Assembly (NCBI GenBank): GCA_949296965.1
Contig: CASFQL010000012.1
Span: 36,259 to 100,258 of the forward strand
DNA: 64,000 nucleotides
Reading direction: 5' to 3'
Source: an uncultured Christensenella sp.
GTDB taxonomy: Bacteria; Bacillota; Clostridia; Christensenellales; UBA1242
Below are positions 8,944-18,451 of this stretch, one piece after another. The position numbers and the translations under genes were made by a program. Below the pieces are notes generated by a model. It made no database searches and was not told where the DNA came from. It saw only the letters and a list, made by a program, of their open reading frames with translations. Each line of letters begins with the position of its first letter. Position 1 is the stretch's first letter.

Positions 8944-10017
8944 TTATTTTTTGATTTTCGTTCCGCAATCTGGGCAAAACTTTGTCTTTTGAGTAACTTC
9001 TGCTCCACATACAGGGCAAGTTAGAACTTCTTTTTTAAAAGCGGTCCCACATTCAACACAAAACTTTGCTCTTTTTGAATTTTTAGCACCACACTCAGCA
9101 CAATATTTATGAGTAGAATCATCTCGTTTAACTTCTTCTTTATTTTGACTCTTTTTCGTAGAAGATGTAAGAGAGTCCTTAATAATCTCTGAAATTGCCA
9201 TTCCTGTTCCAAGTTGAGAACCAAGGCCAGCCATACCTGTATTTTTAGCGGCGTCACCAATTGCTTCTGCTGATTTGTATTTTATGTATGTGTCCATATT
9301 ATCTTTCATAACACCCATTGAGGTTTGTGTGTCAATGGCTTTTTCTACTTGTTCAGGGAATGAGATGTTTTCAATAACAAGATTTGTTAAATCAAGTCCA
9401 AGTGCTTGAAATTGATGATTAATTTGTTCTTTTGCCACCTTGTTAAATTCAAGTAAATTACAAGCAAGGTCAAGAGCACTAATCTTACTTTCTGCAATAG
9501 TATCAGAAATTCCAGCAACTAGCATACTTTTTAAATAACTTACAATATTTTCTGTCGTATAAAGAGAATTTGTTCCAAAAACTTCTTTTAAAAAGACTTC
9601 TGGGTTTGTAACTTTAAAAGAGAAACTCCCGTAACTCTTTATTCTTATTGAACCAAAATCTTTATCTCTCATAACAATAGGGTTAGTTGTCCCCCATTTT
9701 TGATTTGTAAACTGTTTTGTGTTTACAAAAAAGACATCTGCTGTAAATGGCGACTTAAATCCTCGTGGCCAAGCAAGTAATGCTGATAAGATTGGTAAAT
9801 TATTTACAATAAGTTTATGTATACCAGGTGTAAAAACATCTGCAATTTTACCTTTTACCATAAAGATAGCAACTTGCGACTCCCTAACAGTTAGTTTTGA
9901 ACCTATCATAATCTCTCTGCCTTCCATAGGGTATTTATATACCATAGTGTTAGAAGAAGGGTCGGTCCAATCAATATTTTTTAATAGTTGTGTTTTTAAA
10001 AAACTAAATAATCCCAT
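8944..10017 (-). CDS. SPFH/band-7 domain protein (YdjI / 'virion core protein'-like, COG4260 type) with a C-terminal double zinc ribbon
   Basis: 357 aa. The N-terminus MGLFSFLKTQLLKNIDWTD...LTVRESQVAIFMVKGKIADVFTPG...FVNTKQFTNQKWGT is characteristic of the family. The C-terminus carries CAECG..CVECG and CPVCG..CPDCG. Confidence 0.7.
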   Translation of the reverse strand: MGLFSFLKTQLLKNIDWTDPSSNTMVYKYPMEGREIMIGSKLTVRESQVAIFMVKGKIADVFTPGIHKLIVNNLPILSALLAWPRGFKSPFTADVFFVNTKQFTNQKWGTTNPIVMRDKDFGSIRIKSYGSFSFKVTNPEVFLKEVFGTNSLYTTENIVSYLKSMLVAGISDTIAESKISALDLACNLLEFNKVAKEQINHQFQALGLDLTNLVIENISFPEQVEKAIDTQTSMGVMKDNMDTYIKYKSAEAIGDAAKNTGMAGLGSQLGTGMAISEIIKDSLTSSTKKSQNKEEVKRDDSTHKYCAECGAKNSKRAKFCVECGTAFKKEVLTCPVCGAEVTQKTKFCPDCGTKIKK

Positions 10018-10030
10018 TTTATTTTTCCTT

Positions 10031-10459
10031 TTATCTCAATATTACCGAAGTGTTTACACAAGTAATTTCTTCACCTTCGTTTAAAACAATATCTTGGTTG
10101 TGTTTATATTCCTTAACATAACTTCCAATTCTAATATTAAACTTTTCTTCATTTTGAACAGTTGCAAGCAAAGTGTATTTTCCAGGTTTAACTTTGTTTT
10201 TAACTCCAACTATTTCAGTTTTGTTTTGACTAAGTAAAATATCTTTTTGAGAAAGAGAAATGTTTGCGTTCCCATCAGTATCCACAACAGTTTGGTCTAT
10301 GGTATATCTAACGCCGTTTTTAATATTTACATCTTCAACTCCACGACCTGACATTCCTTTTAAAATTTTACCATACTTCTTATTTATGAATATAAGCAGT
10401 AATAATTGAAAAACACACACGCACCCAAGTAGCAAACATAGTATTTGATAAATATCCAT
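10031..10459 (-). CDS. Small single-pass membrane protein, first gene of the SPFH operon
   Basis: 142 aa. N-terminal helix IYQILCLLLGCVCVFQLLLLIFI followed by a soluble domain. Its stop is 13 nt before the SPFH start. Confidence 0.55.
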   Translation of the reverse strand: MDIYQILCLLLGCVCVFQLLLLIFINKKYGKILKGMSGRGVEDVNIKNGVRYTIDQTVVDTDGNANISLSQKDILLSQNKTEIVGVKNKVKPGKYTLLATVQNEEKFNIRIGSYVKEYKHNQDIVLNEGEEITCVNTSVILR

Positions 10460-11022
10460 TTTATCCCCCTTTTTATAAAGTTATTTTATATAAAAAAAAG
10501 TATTTTCGCAACAAAAATAGACAACATTTTTTTAGTTAGAGCCTTTTATAGAAATTACAGAAAAAATTTTTAATAATAAATGTAAAAAACTTTAACGCAA
10601 TTTTTTTGAAAAGAGAAAGGCTATTTATGGCTACTTTAAAAATTAGGTAGCAGAATATTAATCTTCTATTATTAAATTATGAGTTAAAATAACAATTGTG
10701 TTTTTGTTTTTTAAAGTTATTTTTTAAATACAACTTTTTTTATTTTATTAGAGTTTGAAAGTTAAATTTTTTGACTTATTATTAGACTTATTAAAAGTTA
10801 AATATCTATAAAATTTTAACACCTAGTTTAGTAATAATAAGTTGATAAAGAAATATAGTAAATACGGGCTTAAAAATTTAAGAATTTGATTCATTTAACT
10901 TTTAAATTAATTTAAAGAAATTTTCTATGGTTTTATTTTATGTAGTTATCATAAAAAATAATAAAAATCATTTTGAATTAATTTTTAAACATTTTATAAT
11001 GTAAATGTTTGAGGTGAAATTT

Positions 11023-12417
11023 ATGAAGATTGGAACGAGTGGTTTTAGGGGAGTTATTGCACAAGACTTTACAAAAGATAGTTTTTGTAAAATAATTCAA
11101 TGCACTTGTGATATTGTAAAAAAATTAAATTTTAATAGAGAGATTGTCGTTGGCTATGACAATAGATTTATGTCTGAAATTTTTGCAAAATGGGCGGTTG
11201 AAGTTTTGTGTGCAAACGATATAAAGACTAAAATTACAGATAGTAGTGTGCCTTCGCCACTTATTAGTTTTGTTGGAAAATTTTTAAAAAATGATATCAG
11301 TTTAATGATAACCGCAAGTCATAATCCATATTACTATAACGGAGTTAAAATATTTTCAAAAGACGGACAAGATTTGGAAATTTACCTTGAAAAGTTATAC
11401 ACAAAGCAACTAAAAAAAGTAAATAAGTATAAATCAATGAGTTTTGATGAAGCAAAAAAAAGTGGAAAAGTTGAGTTTTGTAATTACACAAAAGAATATG
11501 TTAAAAATATTGTCAATGTCCTTGACTATAAAAAAGATATTAAGACTAGCAATATTAAAACTCTCTTTAATGTTATGAATGGTTCTAGTTTTAGTGCTAT
11601 AACTGAATTAAAAAAACAATTAAAACTTGATACTGAAATAGTTAACTCAAAAAGAGATGCTTTATTTGGGCTTAAAGGTCCTATACCAGATGAAAGTAAT
11701 TTGTTAGATTATAAAAAATATGCCTTAGAAAAAAAAGTTGATTTTGCTTTTGCAACAGATGGAGATGGAGATAGAATTAGCGTTTTAGATGAAAAGGGAA
11801 ACTATTATGCGGGTAATGAAATTGCTTCACTAATTTATTATTTTTGTATTAAGGAAAAGAAGATGAAAGGGGCATTTGTAAAAAATTATTCTTTTTCTTT
11901 GCTTGCTAATAAACTTTGCCAACATTTTAATACTAAACTTATTGAAACTCCTGTTGGGTTTAAGTATATAGGCGAGCAAATAATAAAGAATGATGCTATA
12001 TTAGGTGCTGAAAATAGTGGTATTGAAATTGCTGAGAATACTTTTACAAAAGATGGACTAGTAGTGTATGCTCTCTTACTTGAAATTGTTAGTTTTTACA
12101 AAAAACCACTTGGCAAAATTATTGAGCAAATGAAAAATGAAATTGGTTATAATATGTATTACAAAGAAATTTCGTTTGAGGTAAAGGACAAAGACAAAAT
12201 TATAGAATTTTTAAAGGAAAATAATCCACCTTTTGATAAAATGATTGCACAAAAAGGTGTTTTAGACGGAGTAAAATATATTTTTGATGATAATTCTTGG
12301 ATTTTGATTAGGTTTAGCGGGACTGAAAATTTGATTAGATTAGTCGCAGAATGTTATTCTAAAAAAGATTTGAAAAATTTATTAACAAAAACTCAAAATT
12401 TTGTTAATAACATTTAA
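11023..12417 (+). CDS. Phosphoglucomutase/phosphomannomutase-family phosphohexomutase
   Basis: GAGGTG lies upstream of ATG 11023 (MKIGTSGFRG). Active-site loop TASHNPYYYNG, metal loop FATDGDGDR, sugar loop GAENSG. Confidence 0.85.
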   Translation: MKIGTSGFRGVIAQDFTKDSFCKIIQCTCDIVKKLNFNREIVVGYDNRFMSEIFAKWAVEVLCANDIKTKITDSSVPSPLISFVGKFLKNDISLMITASHNPYYYNGVKIFSKDGQDLEIYLEKLYTKQLKKVNKYKSMSFDEAKKSGKVEFCNYTKEYVKNIVNVLDYKKDIKTSNIKTLFNVMNGSSFSAITELKKQLKLDTEIVNSKRDALFGLKGPIPDESNLLDYKKYALEKKVDFAFATDGDGDRISVLDEKGNYYAGNEIASLIYYFCIKEKKMKGAFVKNYSFSLLANKLCQHFNTKLIETPVGFKYIGEQIIKNDAILGAENSGIEIAENTFTKDGLVVYALLLEIVSFYKKPLGKIIEQMKNEIGYNMYYKEISFEVKDKDKIIEFLKENNPPFDKMIAQKGVLDGVKYIFDDNSWILIRFSGTENLIRLVAECYSKKDLKNLLTKTQNFVNNI

Positions 12418-12555
12418 TTTTTAAATATTTTAGTGTATTTTGCCTTTTCAAAGGTATTAAAATATTTAACAAAAAACATTTTTTATGTTAAAATTACCTA
12501 GATTAATCTCTATTTTTTTACAAAAATTCTTTTTTACACTTATTTGGAGGACTAT

Positions 12556-13818
12556 ATGTCAGTTATAAAAAGTCAACACATTTTCTTGCCTAAAAAATAT
12601 TTAGATTTTTCTAAATGGGCTATTATCGCAGTTGACCAACATACTCATAACCCTGATTATTGGGAAAGGTTATTGCACTATACTAATGGAAGTCCTTCAA
12701 GCCTTGATTTGATTTTGCCAGAAATTTATCAGGGTAAGGATAATACGGAAAGAATTAAAACTATTTATAAAAAGATGAGAGATTATAATGATTTAAGCCT
12801 TTTAGAAGATATGGGGCCCTCGATGGTTTTGGTGGAAAGACAAACTAGTAATAATAAAAAAAGGCTTGGGATAGTCTTAAATGTTGATTTGGAGCAATAT
12901 GATTTTAGAAATGATAGCAATGCACTTATTAAACCTACTGAGCATACAACACTTGAAAGAGTTATCCCAAGGTTAGAGTTAAAGAAAGAAGCAATATATG
13001 AACTCTCGCATGTAATTCTACTCTATGATGATAGAGAGAAAAATATTGCTAAAACTCTTTATAAAAATAGAGATGAATTGACTAAACTTTATGATTTTGA
13101 CTTGAATATGGGTGGCGGGCATATTAAGGGGTGGCTAATAAAAAAATACCAAGAAGTTATTAATTTGTTTGATAGTTTGATTTCCAAAGATTATACAGAC
13201 AAATATCTACATTCGGCAAATCCGCTTATGTTTGTTATTGCAGATGGTAGTCATAGTTTAGCAACGGCAAAAGAACATTGGGAGAAACTAAAAGTTAACC
13301 TTAGTAGTGAAGAACAACTTGTTCACCCAGCAAGATATGCTCTTGTTGAAGCAATTAATTTATATGATGAAAGTATTGATTTTAGTCCTGTCCACAGAGT
13401 TATAAAAGGGGCATCAAAAAGTTTTGTTAAAAGACTTAAAAAGTTATATAAGGTTAATCTAAAAAAAGCCCAACCGAATTCTTTTATTGTTGAAAAGATT
13501 TATAATAAGGGTAAACAAGAAGATTTGTATTTGCCAAACGATACGCCACTTGCTATTAAAATGATACAAGACTTCATAGACGAGTGTTTAACAAAAGATT
13601 TGGAGATGTCTGTTGACTATGTTAATTCGCTTGAAGAATTAGAAAAAATTTGTAAAAAAGATGAGCGTGCCATTGGAATTACTTTTCCTAAGATTGAAAA
13701 GACGCAACTTTTTGAGTTTATTTCAAGGTATGGCATATTGCCAAGAAGGTCGTATAACCTTTGCTCCGAAAATGAGAAAAGGTATTATATAGAAGCACAC
13801 AAGATTAAAATGATTTAA
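12556..13818 (+). CDS. DUF1015-family protein
   Basis: GGAGG lies upstream of ATG 12556. About 420 aa. The length and the ADGSHSLATAKEHW region are consistent with DUF1015. This assignment is from memory of the family only. Confidence 0.5.
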   Translation: MSVIKSQHIFLPKKYLDFSKWAIIAVDQHTHNPDYWERLLHYTNGSPSSLDLILPEIYQGKDNTERIKTIYKKMRDYNDLSLLEDMGPSMVLVERQTSNNKKRLGIVLNVDLEQYDFRNDSNALIKPTEHTTLERVIPRLELKKEAIYELSHVILLYDDREKNIAKTLYKNRDELTKLYDFDLNMGGGHIKGWLIKKYQEVINLFDSLISKDYTDKYLHSANPLMFVIADGSHSLATAKEHWEKLKVNLSSEEQLVHPARYALVEAINLYDESIDFSPVHRVIKGASKSFVKRLKKLYKVNLKKAQPNSFIVEKIYNKGKQEDLYLPNDTPLAIKMIQDFIDECLTKDLEMSVDYVNSLEELEKICKKDERAIGITFPKIEKTQLFEFISRYGILPRRSYNLCSENEKRYYIEAHKIKMI

Positions 13819-13835
13819 GGAGATTTTACTACAAA

Positions 13836-16010
13836 ATGGATATTGCAAAAGCATTAAGTTTAGAGTTTAACATAAAACAAGAATACGCAAACAATATTAT
13901 TCAGTTGCTTGACGAAGGTTGCACAGTTCCTTTCATAGCAAGATATAGAAAGGAAATGCATGGTAGTTGTGATGACCAAGTCATAAGAGATTTCGCGGAT
14001 AGACTTGAATATCTAAGAAATTTCGAAAAGAGAAAAGAAGAAATAGTTAAACTTATCACAGAACAGGAAAAGATGACGCCTGAGATTATGGAGAGTTTGG
14101 ATAAGGCTTTGACTCTTACAGAACTTGAAGATATTTATAGACCATTTAGACCAAAAAGGCAAACAAGAGCAACTATCGCAGAAGCAAAAGGGCTTAAACC
14201 ACTTGCCGAGATTATTTATGCTCAAAAAGATACGCGAAGCCTTGAAGAAATTGCTAAGGACTTTATTAATGAAGAAAAAGAAGTTAATGATACTCAGACT
14301 GCTTTAAGCGGTGCTTCTGACATTATTGCCGAAATGATTTCTGATAATGCAGAAATAAGAAAAATTTTAAGAGAATTTTTATTTAATTCTGCTCAAATTG
14401 TTACTACCTTAAAGCCGGGCGAAAAGTATTTAGTTTATCAAACATATGAAAATTACAAAGAACCTGTTAATAAAATTCCAAGTCATAGAATTTTAGCAAT
14501 AAATAGGGGTGAAAAGGAAGACTGTTTAAAGGTAGATGTCGAAACAAATAACGAAAGATGTATTGAACTTATTTGTGATGAAGTTTTAGTTAAAAATGGT
14601 TCTTTTGAAGAATTTATGAGAAACTCAATAGCAGATAGTTTTGAAAGACTTATTTTGCCTTCACTTATAAGAGAACTTAGAACACAATTAACTGATAATG
14701 CTAATGAACAGGCAATAAAGATGTTTGAAGTTAATTTAAAGCCTTTACTCATGCAACCTCCATTAAAAGATAAAATCATATTGGGGCTCGACCCTGCTTA
14801 TAGAACGGGGTGCAAAGTTGCGGTTATTGACACTAATGGTAATGTTATTGATAAGACTGTTATTTATCCAACTCCACCTCATAATCAAATAGAGAAGTCG
14901 GAAAAAATTATAACAGAACTTGTTATGAAAGACAAAGTTGACGCAATTTCAATAGGGAATGGGACAGCAAGCAAAGAAAGCGAAATATTTGTTAGTAATT
15001 TGATAAAAAAATTACCTAGAAGAGTCGAATATATGGTAGTCAATGAAGCAGGTGCTTCCGTTTATAGTGCATCAAAACTAGGAGCAGAAGAATTTCCAGA
15101 CTATGATGTTTCATTAAGGAGTGCAGTAAGTATTGCAAGGAGATTACAAGACCCACTTGCAGAACTCATTAAGATTGATGTTAAATCAATTGGTGTTGGT
15201 CAATATCAACACGATATGCCTCAAAAACGACTTTCAACTGTCCTTGATGGAGTTGTTGAAGATTGTGTAAACTCGGTTGGCGTTGACTTGAATACGGCCT
15301 CATATAAATTGCTCGAACATATTTCGGGGCTTAACTCTGCGATTGCAAAAAATATTGTTGAATATAGAAAAGAGAATGGAAAGTTTGTAGAAAGAAAAGA
15401 ACTATTAAATGTAAAAAAGTTAGGTGAAAAGGCTTATGTTCAATGTGCGGGCTTTCTTAGAATACCAAATGAGAAAAATATTTTAGATAACACAGGCGTT
15501 CACCCTGAAAGTTATGAAGCAACTGAAAAATTATTAAAAATGTTTAATCTTACTGATGAAGATATTAAAAACGGAAATGTCCAAAATTTACCAAGACTAA
15601 TTGGTGCAAAGGGAGAAGAAAATGTTGCTAAGGCCTGTGGAATTGGCGTTCCAACACTTGACGATATTGTAAAGGAACTTTTAAAACCTGGCAGAGATGT
15701 TAGAGATGACCTTCCAAAACCAGAATTAAGAAGTGATGTCCTAAGTATTGAAGATTTAAAAGTTGGAATGGTTATGAGGGGCACCGTTAGAAATGTTATT
15801 GATTTTGGAGCATTTGTAGATATTGGTGTTCACCAAGATGGGCTTGTTCATATTTCAGAAATTTGTGACAGATATATAAAACACCCTAGTGAAGAATTGT
15901 GTGTTGGAGATATTGTTAAAGTTAAAATCATAAATATTGATTTGCAAAAACAAAGAATAGGACTATCTATTAAAAGAGTTGGAGAAGACGAAGAAGTTTC
16001 TTCAACATAA
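13836..16010 (+). CDS. tex: Tex-like transcription accessory protein (S1 RNA-binding domain protein)
   Basis: 724 aa. N-terminal VPFIARYRKE motif, a central YqgF/RuvX-like region and HhH regions. C-terminal S1 domain GTVRNVIDFGAFVDIGVHQDGLVHISE. Confidence 0.9.
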   Translation: MDIAKALSLEFNIKQEYANNIIQLLDEGCTVPFIARYRKEMHGSCDDQVIRDFADRLEYLRNFEKRKEEIVKLITEQEKMTPEIMESLDKALTLTELEDIYRPFRPKRQTRATIAEAKGLKPLAEIIYAQKDTRSLEEIAKDFINEEKEVNDTQTALSGASDIIAEMISDNAEIRKILREFLFNSAQIVTTLKPGEKYLVYQTYENYKEPVNKIPSHRILAINRGEKEDCLKVDVETNNERCIELICDEVLVKNGSFEEFMRNSIADSFERLILPSLIRELRTQLTDNANEQAIKMFEVNLKPLLMQPPLKDKIILGLDPAYRTGCKVAVIDTNGNVIDKTVIYPTPPHNQIEKSEKIITELVMKDKVDAISIGNGTASKESEIFVSNLIKKLPRRVEYMVVNEAGASVYSASKLGAEEFPDYDVSLRSAVSIARRLQDPLAELIKIDVKSIGVGQYQHDMPQKRLSTVLDGVVEDCVNSVGVDLNTASYKLLEHISGLNSAIAKNIVEYRKENGKFVERKELLNVKKLGEKAYVQCAGFLRIPNEKNILDNTGVHPESYEATEKLLKMFNLTDEDIKNGNVQNLPRLIGAKGEENVAKACGIGVPTLDDIVKELLKPGRDVRDDLPKPELRSDVLSIEDLKVGMVMRGTVRNVIDFGAFVDIGVHQDGLVHISEICDRYIKHPSEELCVGDIVKVKIINIDLQKQRIGLSIKRVGEDEEVSST

Positions 16011-16067
16011 TTATATTTAATTAAATATAAATTTTTATAATCAATAAAAGATAAAAAATAAAAAAAA

Positions 16068-16099
16068 GGATAATGCGTTATTTACATTATCCTTTTTTG
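16068..16099 (+). terminator. Rho-independent terminator of tex
   Basis: AGGATAATG (16068-16076) pairs with CATTATCCT (16085-16093), followed by TTTTTT. Confidence 0.75.
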
Positions 16100-16100
16100 T

Positions 16101-16345
16101 TGTAAAAAATCTGTTTTTTAAGATAATATCTTAATTTTATTGTATTTATTTACATTTAACTATTTTAAGATTAATTATTTAATTTAATTGTAAAAACTCT
16201 GTTTTTTTAAGATAATTTTTTTCAATTTTTTATATTAGTTTACACTTAACTATGATTAAAATTAATTGTTTAATTTAATTGCACAAGTTCTGTTTTATTT
16301 AAAATAATATTTTTATATAACTATTTTAAGATTAAATATTTTAAA
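16101..16345. repeat. About three imperfect tandem copies of an 88-91-bp unit
   Basis: Units start at 16101 (TGTAAAAAATCTGTTTTTTAAGATAAT...), 16189 (TGTAAAAACTCTGTTTTTTTAAGATAAT...) and 16280 (TGCACAAGTTCTGTTTTATTTAAAATAAT...). Each ends in ...TTAACTAT.ATTAA.ATTAATT.TTTAATTTAAT. The third copy is shortened. Confidence 0.7.
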
Positions 16346-16361
16346 TGTTTTAGATTTTTAT

Positions 16362-16472
16362 TGATAGTTTAATATTAGAATTTTATAGTAATTTATAATG
16401 ATAGTTTAGCGTATGTTATTTTGTTAATTTTAAGTTGATAGTTTAATTTTTAGGTGGTAATTTTTATTTAAA
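16362..16472. repeat. TGATAGTTTA motif repeated three times with exact 37-bp phasing
   Basis: Copies at 16362, 16399 and 16436. The intervening sequence is only loosely similar. Confidence 0.6.
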
Positions 16473-16543
16473 ATATAAATCTTATTATAAAGTATCACAT
16501 ATTTTTAAATATGTTAACTTTAACTATTTTCCTATTTAAAAAA

Positions 16544-18451
16544 TTATTCTAATTCAAATTTTCCGGTGTAAAGTTCATAATATTTTCCTTTTTGATTAAC
16601 TAGGTCTTCGTGTGTTCCTTTTTCAATAATTACACCATTTTCCAAAACCATAATTACATTAGAATTTTGAACTGTGGATAGTCTATGTGCAATAACAAAG
16701 ACTGTTCTATTTTGCATTAACGCGTCCATACCTTTTTGAACAAGTGCTTCTGTATGGGTGTCTATACTAGATGTTGCTTCATCAAGTATCATAACAGGGG
16801 CATTTGCTACTGCTGCTCTTGCAATAGAAATTAATTGTCTTTGACCTTGTGATAAGTTCGAGCCATCGCTATCAAGCATTGTATCGTAACCATTTGGCAA
16901 CCTTTGTATGAAATCGTCTGCATTTGCAAGTTTTGCTGCTTCGTAAACTTGGTCATCTGTGGCATTTAGATTGCCGTATTTTATATTTTCTTTTACAGTC
17001 CCAGAAAACAAATTAGTATCTTGTAAAACTATCCCGATAGACCTTCTTAAATCGTCTTTTTTAATATCTTTTATATTTATTCCGTCGTATAAAATTTCGC
17101 CTTTTTCTATATCGTAAAATCTATTTATTAGGTTTGTGATTGTTGTTTTTCCAGCACCTGTTGCTCCAACAAACGCAACTTTTTGACCGGGTTTTGCATA
17201 TAGAGAAATATTTTTAAGAATAATTTTGTCGCTATTGTAACCAAAATCAACATTATGAAATCTAACATCGCCCCTTAACTCTATTAATTGTTCGCCTTCA
17301 TTTTTTGTAGGGTCTTTAAAAGCCCAAATATTAGTTTTTTCATCTGTTTTTACAAGTTTACCAGAACTATCTCTTTTAGCATTAACAAGAGTAATTTTTC
17401 CTTCATCAAATTCAGGTTCTTCGTCCATTAATTTAAAGATTCTTTCAGCCCCAGCAAGAGCAACTATAATAGAATTTACTTGTTGAGATAGTTGAGAGAT
17501 TGGTTGACTAAAAGACCTACCAAGTTGCAAGAAAGAAGCAATTGTTCCAACTCCCATAGTGGTAAAACCTAAAATTGTTAGGTTTGGGGTATTGGTTAAG
17601 GCAAGTAGCCCGCCTACTATGGCTAGAAAAACATATTGTAAGTTGCTCAAATTAAACATAACAGGCATAAAAATGTTTGCATATTTATTTGCTTTTGTTG
17701 CATTAAAGCATAATTCATTGTTTAATTTGTCAAAATTTATTTTTGTTTCATCTTCGTGGTTAAAAACTTTTATAACCTTTTGACCATTTATCATTTCTTC
17801 AATGAAGCCTGTTGTGCCAGCAAGAGTTTTTTGTTGAGCAACAAAGTATTTTGCACTCTTACCGCCAAGTTTTTTTGTTATAACTAGAATTAATAGTAAA
17901 AAGAACAGAACTACAAGAGTTAAATAAATACTAAGATAAAACATTGCACAAAAGACAGCAAAAATTGTTATTGCAGAAGAAATTATTTGCGGGATGCTTT
18001 GACTTATCATAGATTCAAGCGAGTCTGTATCGTTTGTGTAATGGCTCATTATCTCGCCGTGAGTGTGGGTATCAAAATATCTTATAGGAAGTTTTTGCAT
18101 ATTGTTAAACATATTATCTCTTATCTTTTTTAAGATTGACTCAGAGATGATAACCATTACATAGTTGTAGATATATGTGCTAAGTATTCCTACTAAAAAT
18201 ATTCCTGCCATAATTAATATGGTCGAAAAAAGTTCGTTAAAATAATTTTCACCCGTTGTAAGCATTGGAGTAATATAGTTATCAATTACGATTTTAATAA
18301 AAAGCGAAGATGCAACTGTTGTAAGACAAGAAAGGATAATGCAAAATATTACGATTGCAAACTTGAATTTATGTTCTTTTATAATGTAGGACATTAGTCT
18401 TTTAATAGTATTTTTAGGATTTTGGGCAAGTCCTGTGCGTTTATTTTGCAT
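16544..18451 (-). CDS. Heterodimeric ABC exporter, subunit with the consensus ATP site (TMD-NBD half transporter)
   Basis: Start ATG 18451 (MQNKRTG) lies behind AAGGAGG and overlaps the upstream gene by 11 nt. Walker A GATGAGKTT, Walker B MILDEATS, H-loop AHRLS. The signature is degenerate (LSQGQRQ). Confidence 0.85.
   Translation of the reverse strand: MQNKRTGLAQNPKNTIKRLMSYIIKEHKFKFAIVIFCIILSCLTTVASSLFIKIVIDNYITPMLTTGENYFNELFSTILIMAGIFLVGILSTYIYNYVMVIISESILKKIRDNMFNNMQKLPIRYFDTHTHGEIMSHYTNDTDSLESMISQSIPQIISSAITIFAVFCAMFYLSIYLTLVVLFFLLLILVITKKLGGKSAKYFVAQQKTLAGTTGFIEEMINGQKVIKVFNHEDETKINFDKLNNELCFNATKANKYANIFMPVMFNLSNLQYVFLAIVGGLLALTNTPNLTILGFTTMGVGTIASFLQLGRSFSQPISQLSQQVNSIIVALAGAERIFKLMDEEPEFDEGKITLVNAKRDSSGKLVKTDEKTNIWAFKDPTKNEGEQLIELRGDVRFHNVDFGYNSDKIILKNISLYAKPGQKVAFVGATGAGKTTITNLINRFYDIEKGEILYDGINIKDIKKDDLRRSIGIVLQDTNLFSGTVKENIKYGNLNATDDQVYEAAKLANADDFIQRLPNGYDTMLDSDGSNLSQGQRQLISIARAAVANAPVMILDEATSSIDTHTEALVQKGMDALMQNRTVFVIAHRLSTVQNSNVIMVLENGVIIEKGTHEDLVNQKGKYYELYTGKFELE

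Noticed and set aside
12421-12469. Hairpin TTAAATATTTT...AAAATATTTAA after the phosphohexomutase gene as a terminator.
   Set aside because: The stem is purely A/T, the loop is large, and no T-run follows. This is too weak to call in AT-rich DNA.
16101-16472. Possible CRISPR array suggested by the repeated units in the tex/ABC intergenic region.
   Set aside because: The units are contiguous and degenerate, at 88-91 bp and 37 bp, with no unique spacers of constant length between conserved short repeats. No cas genes are in the window.
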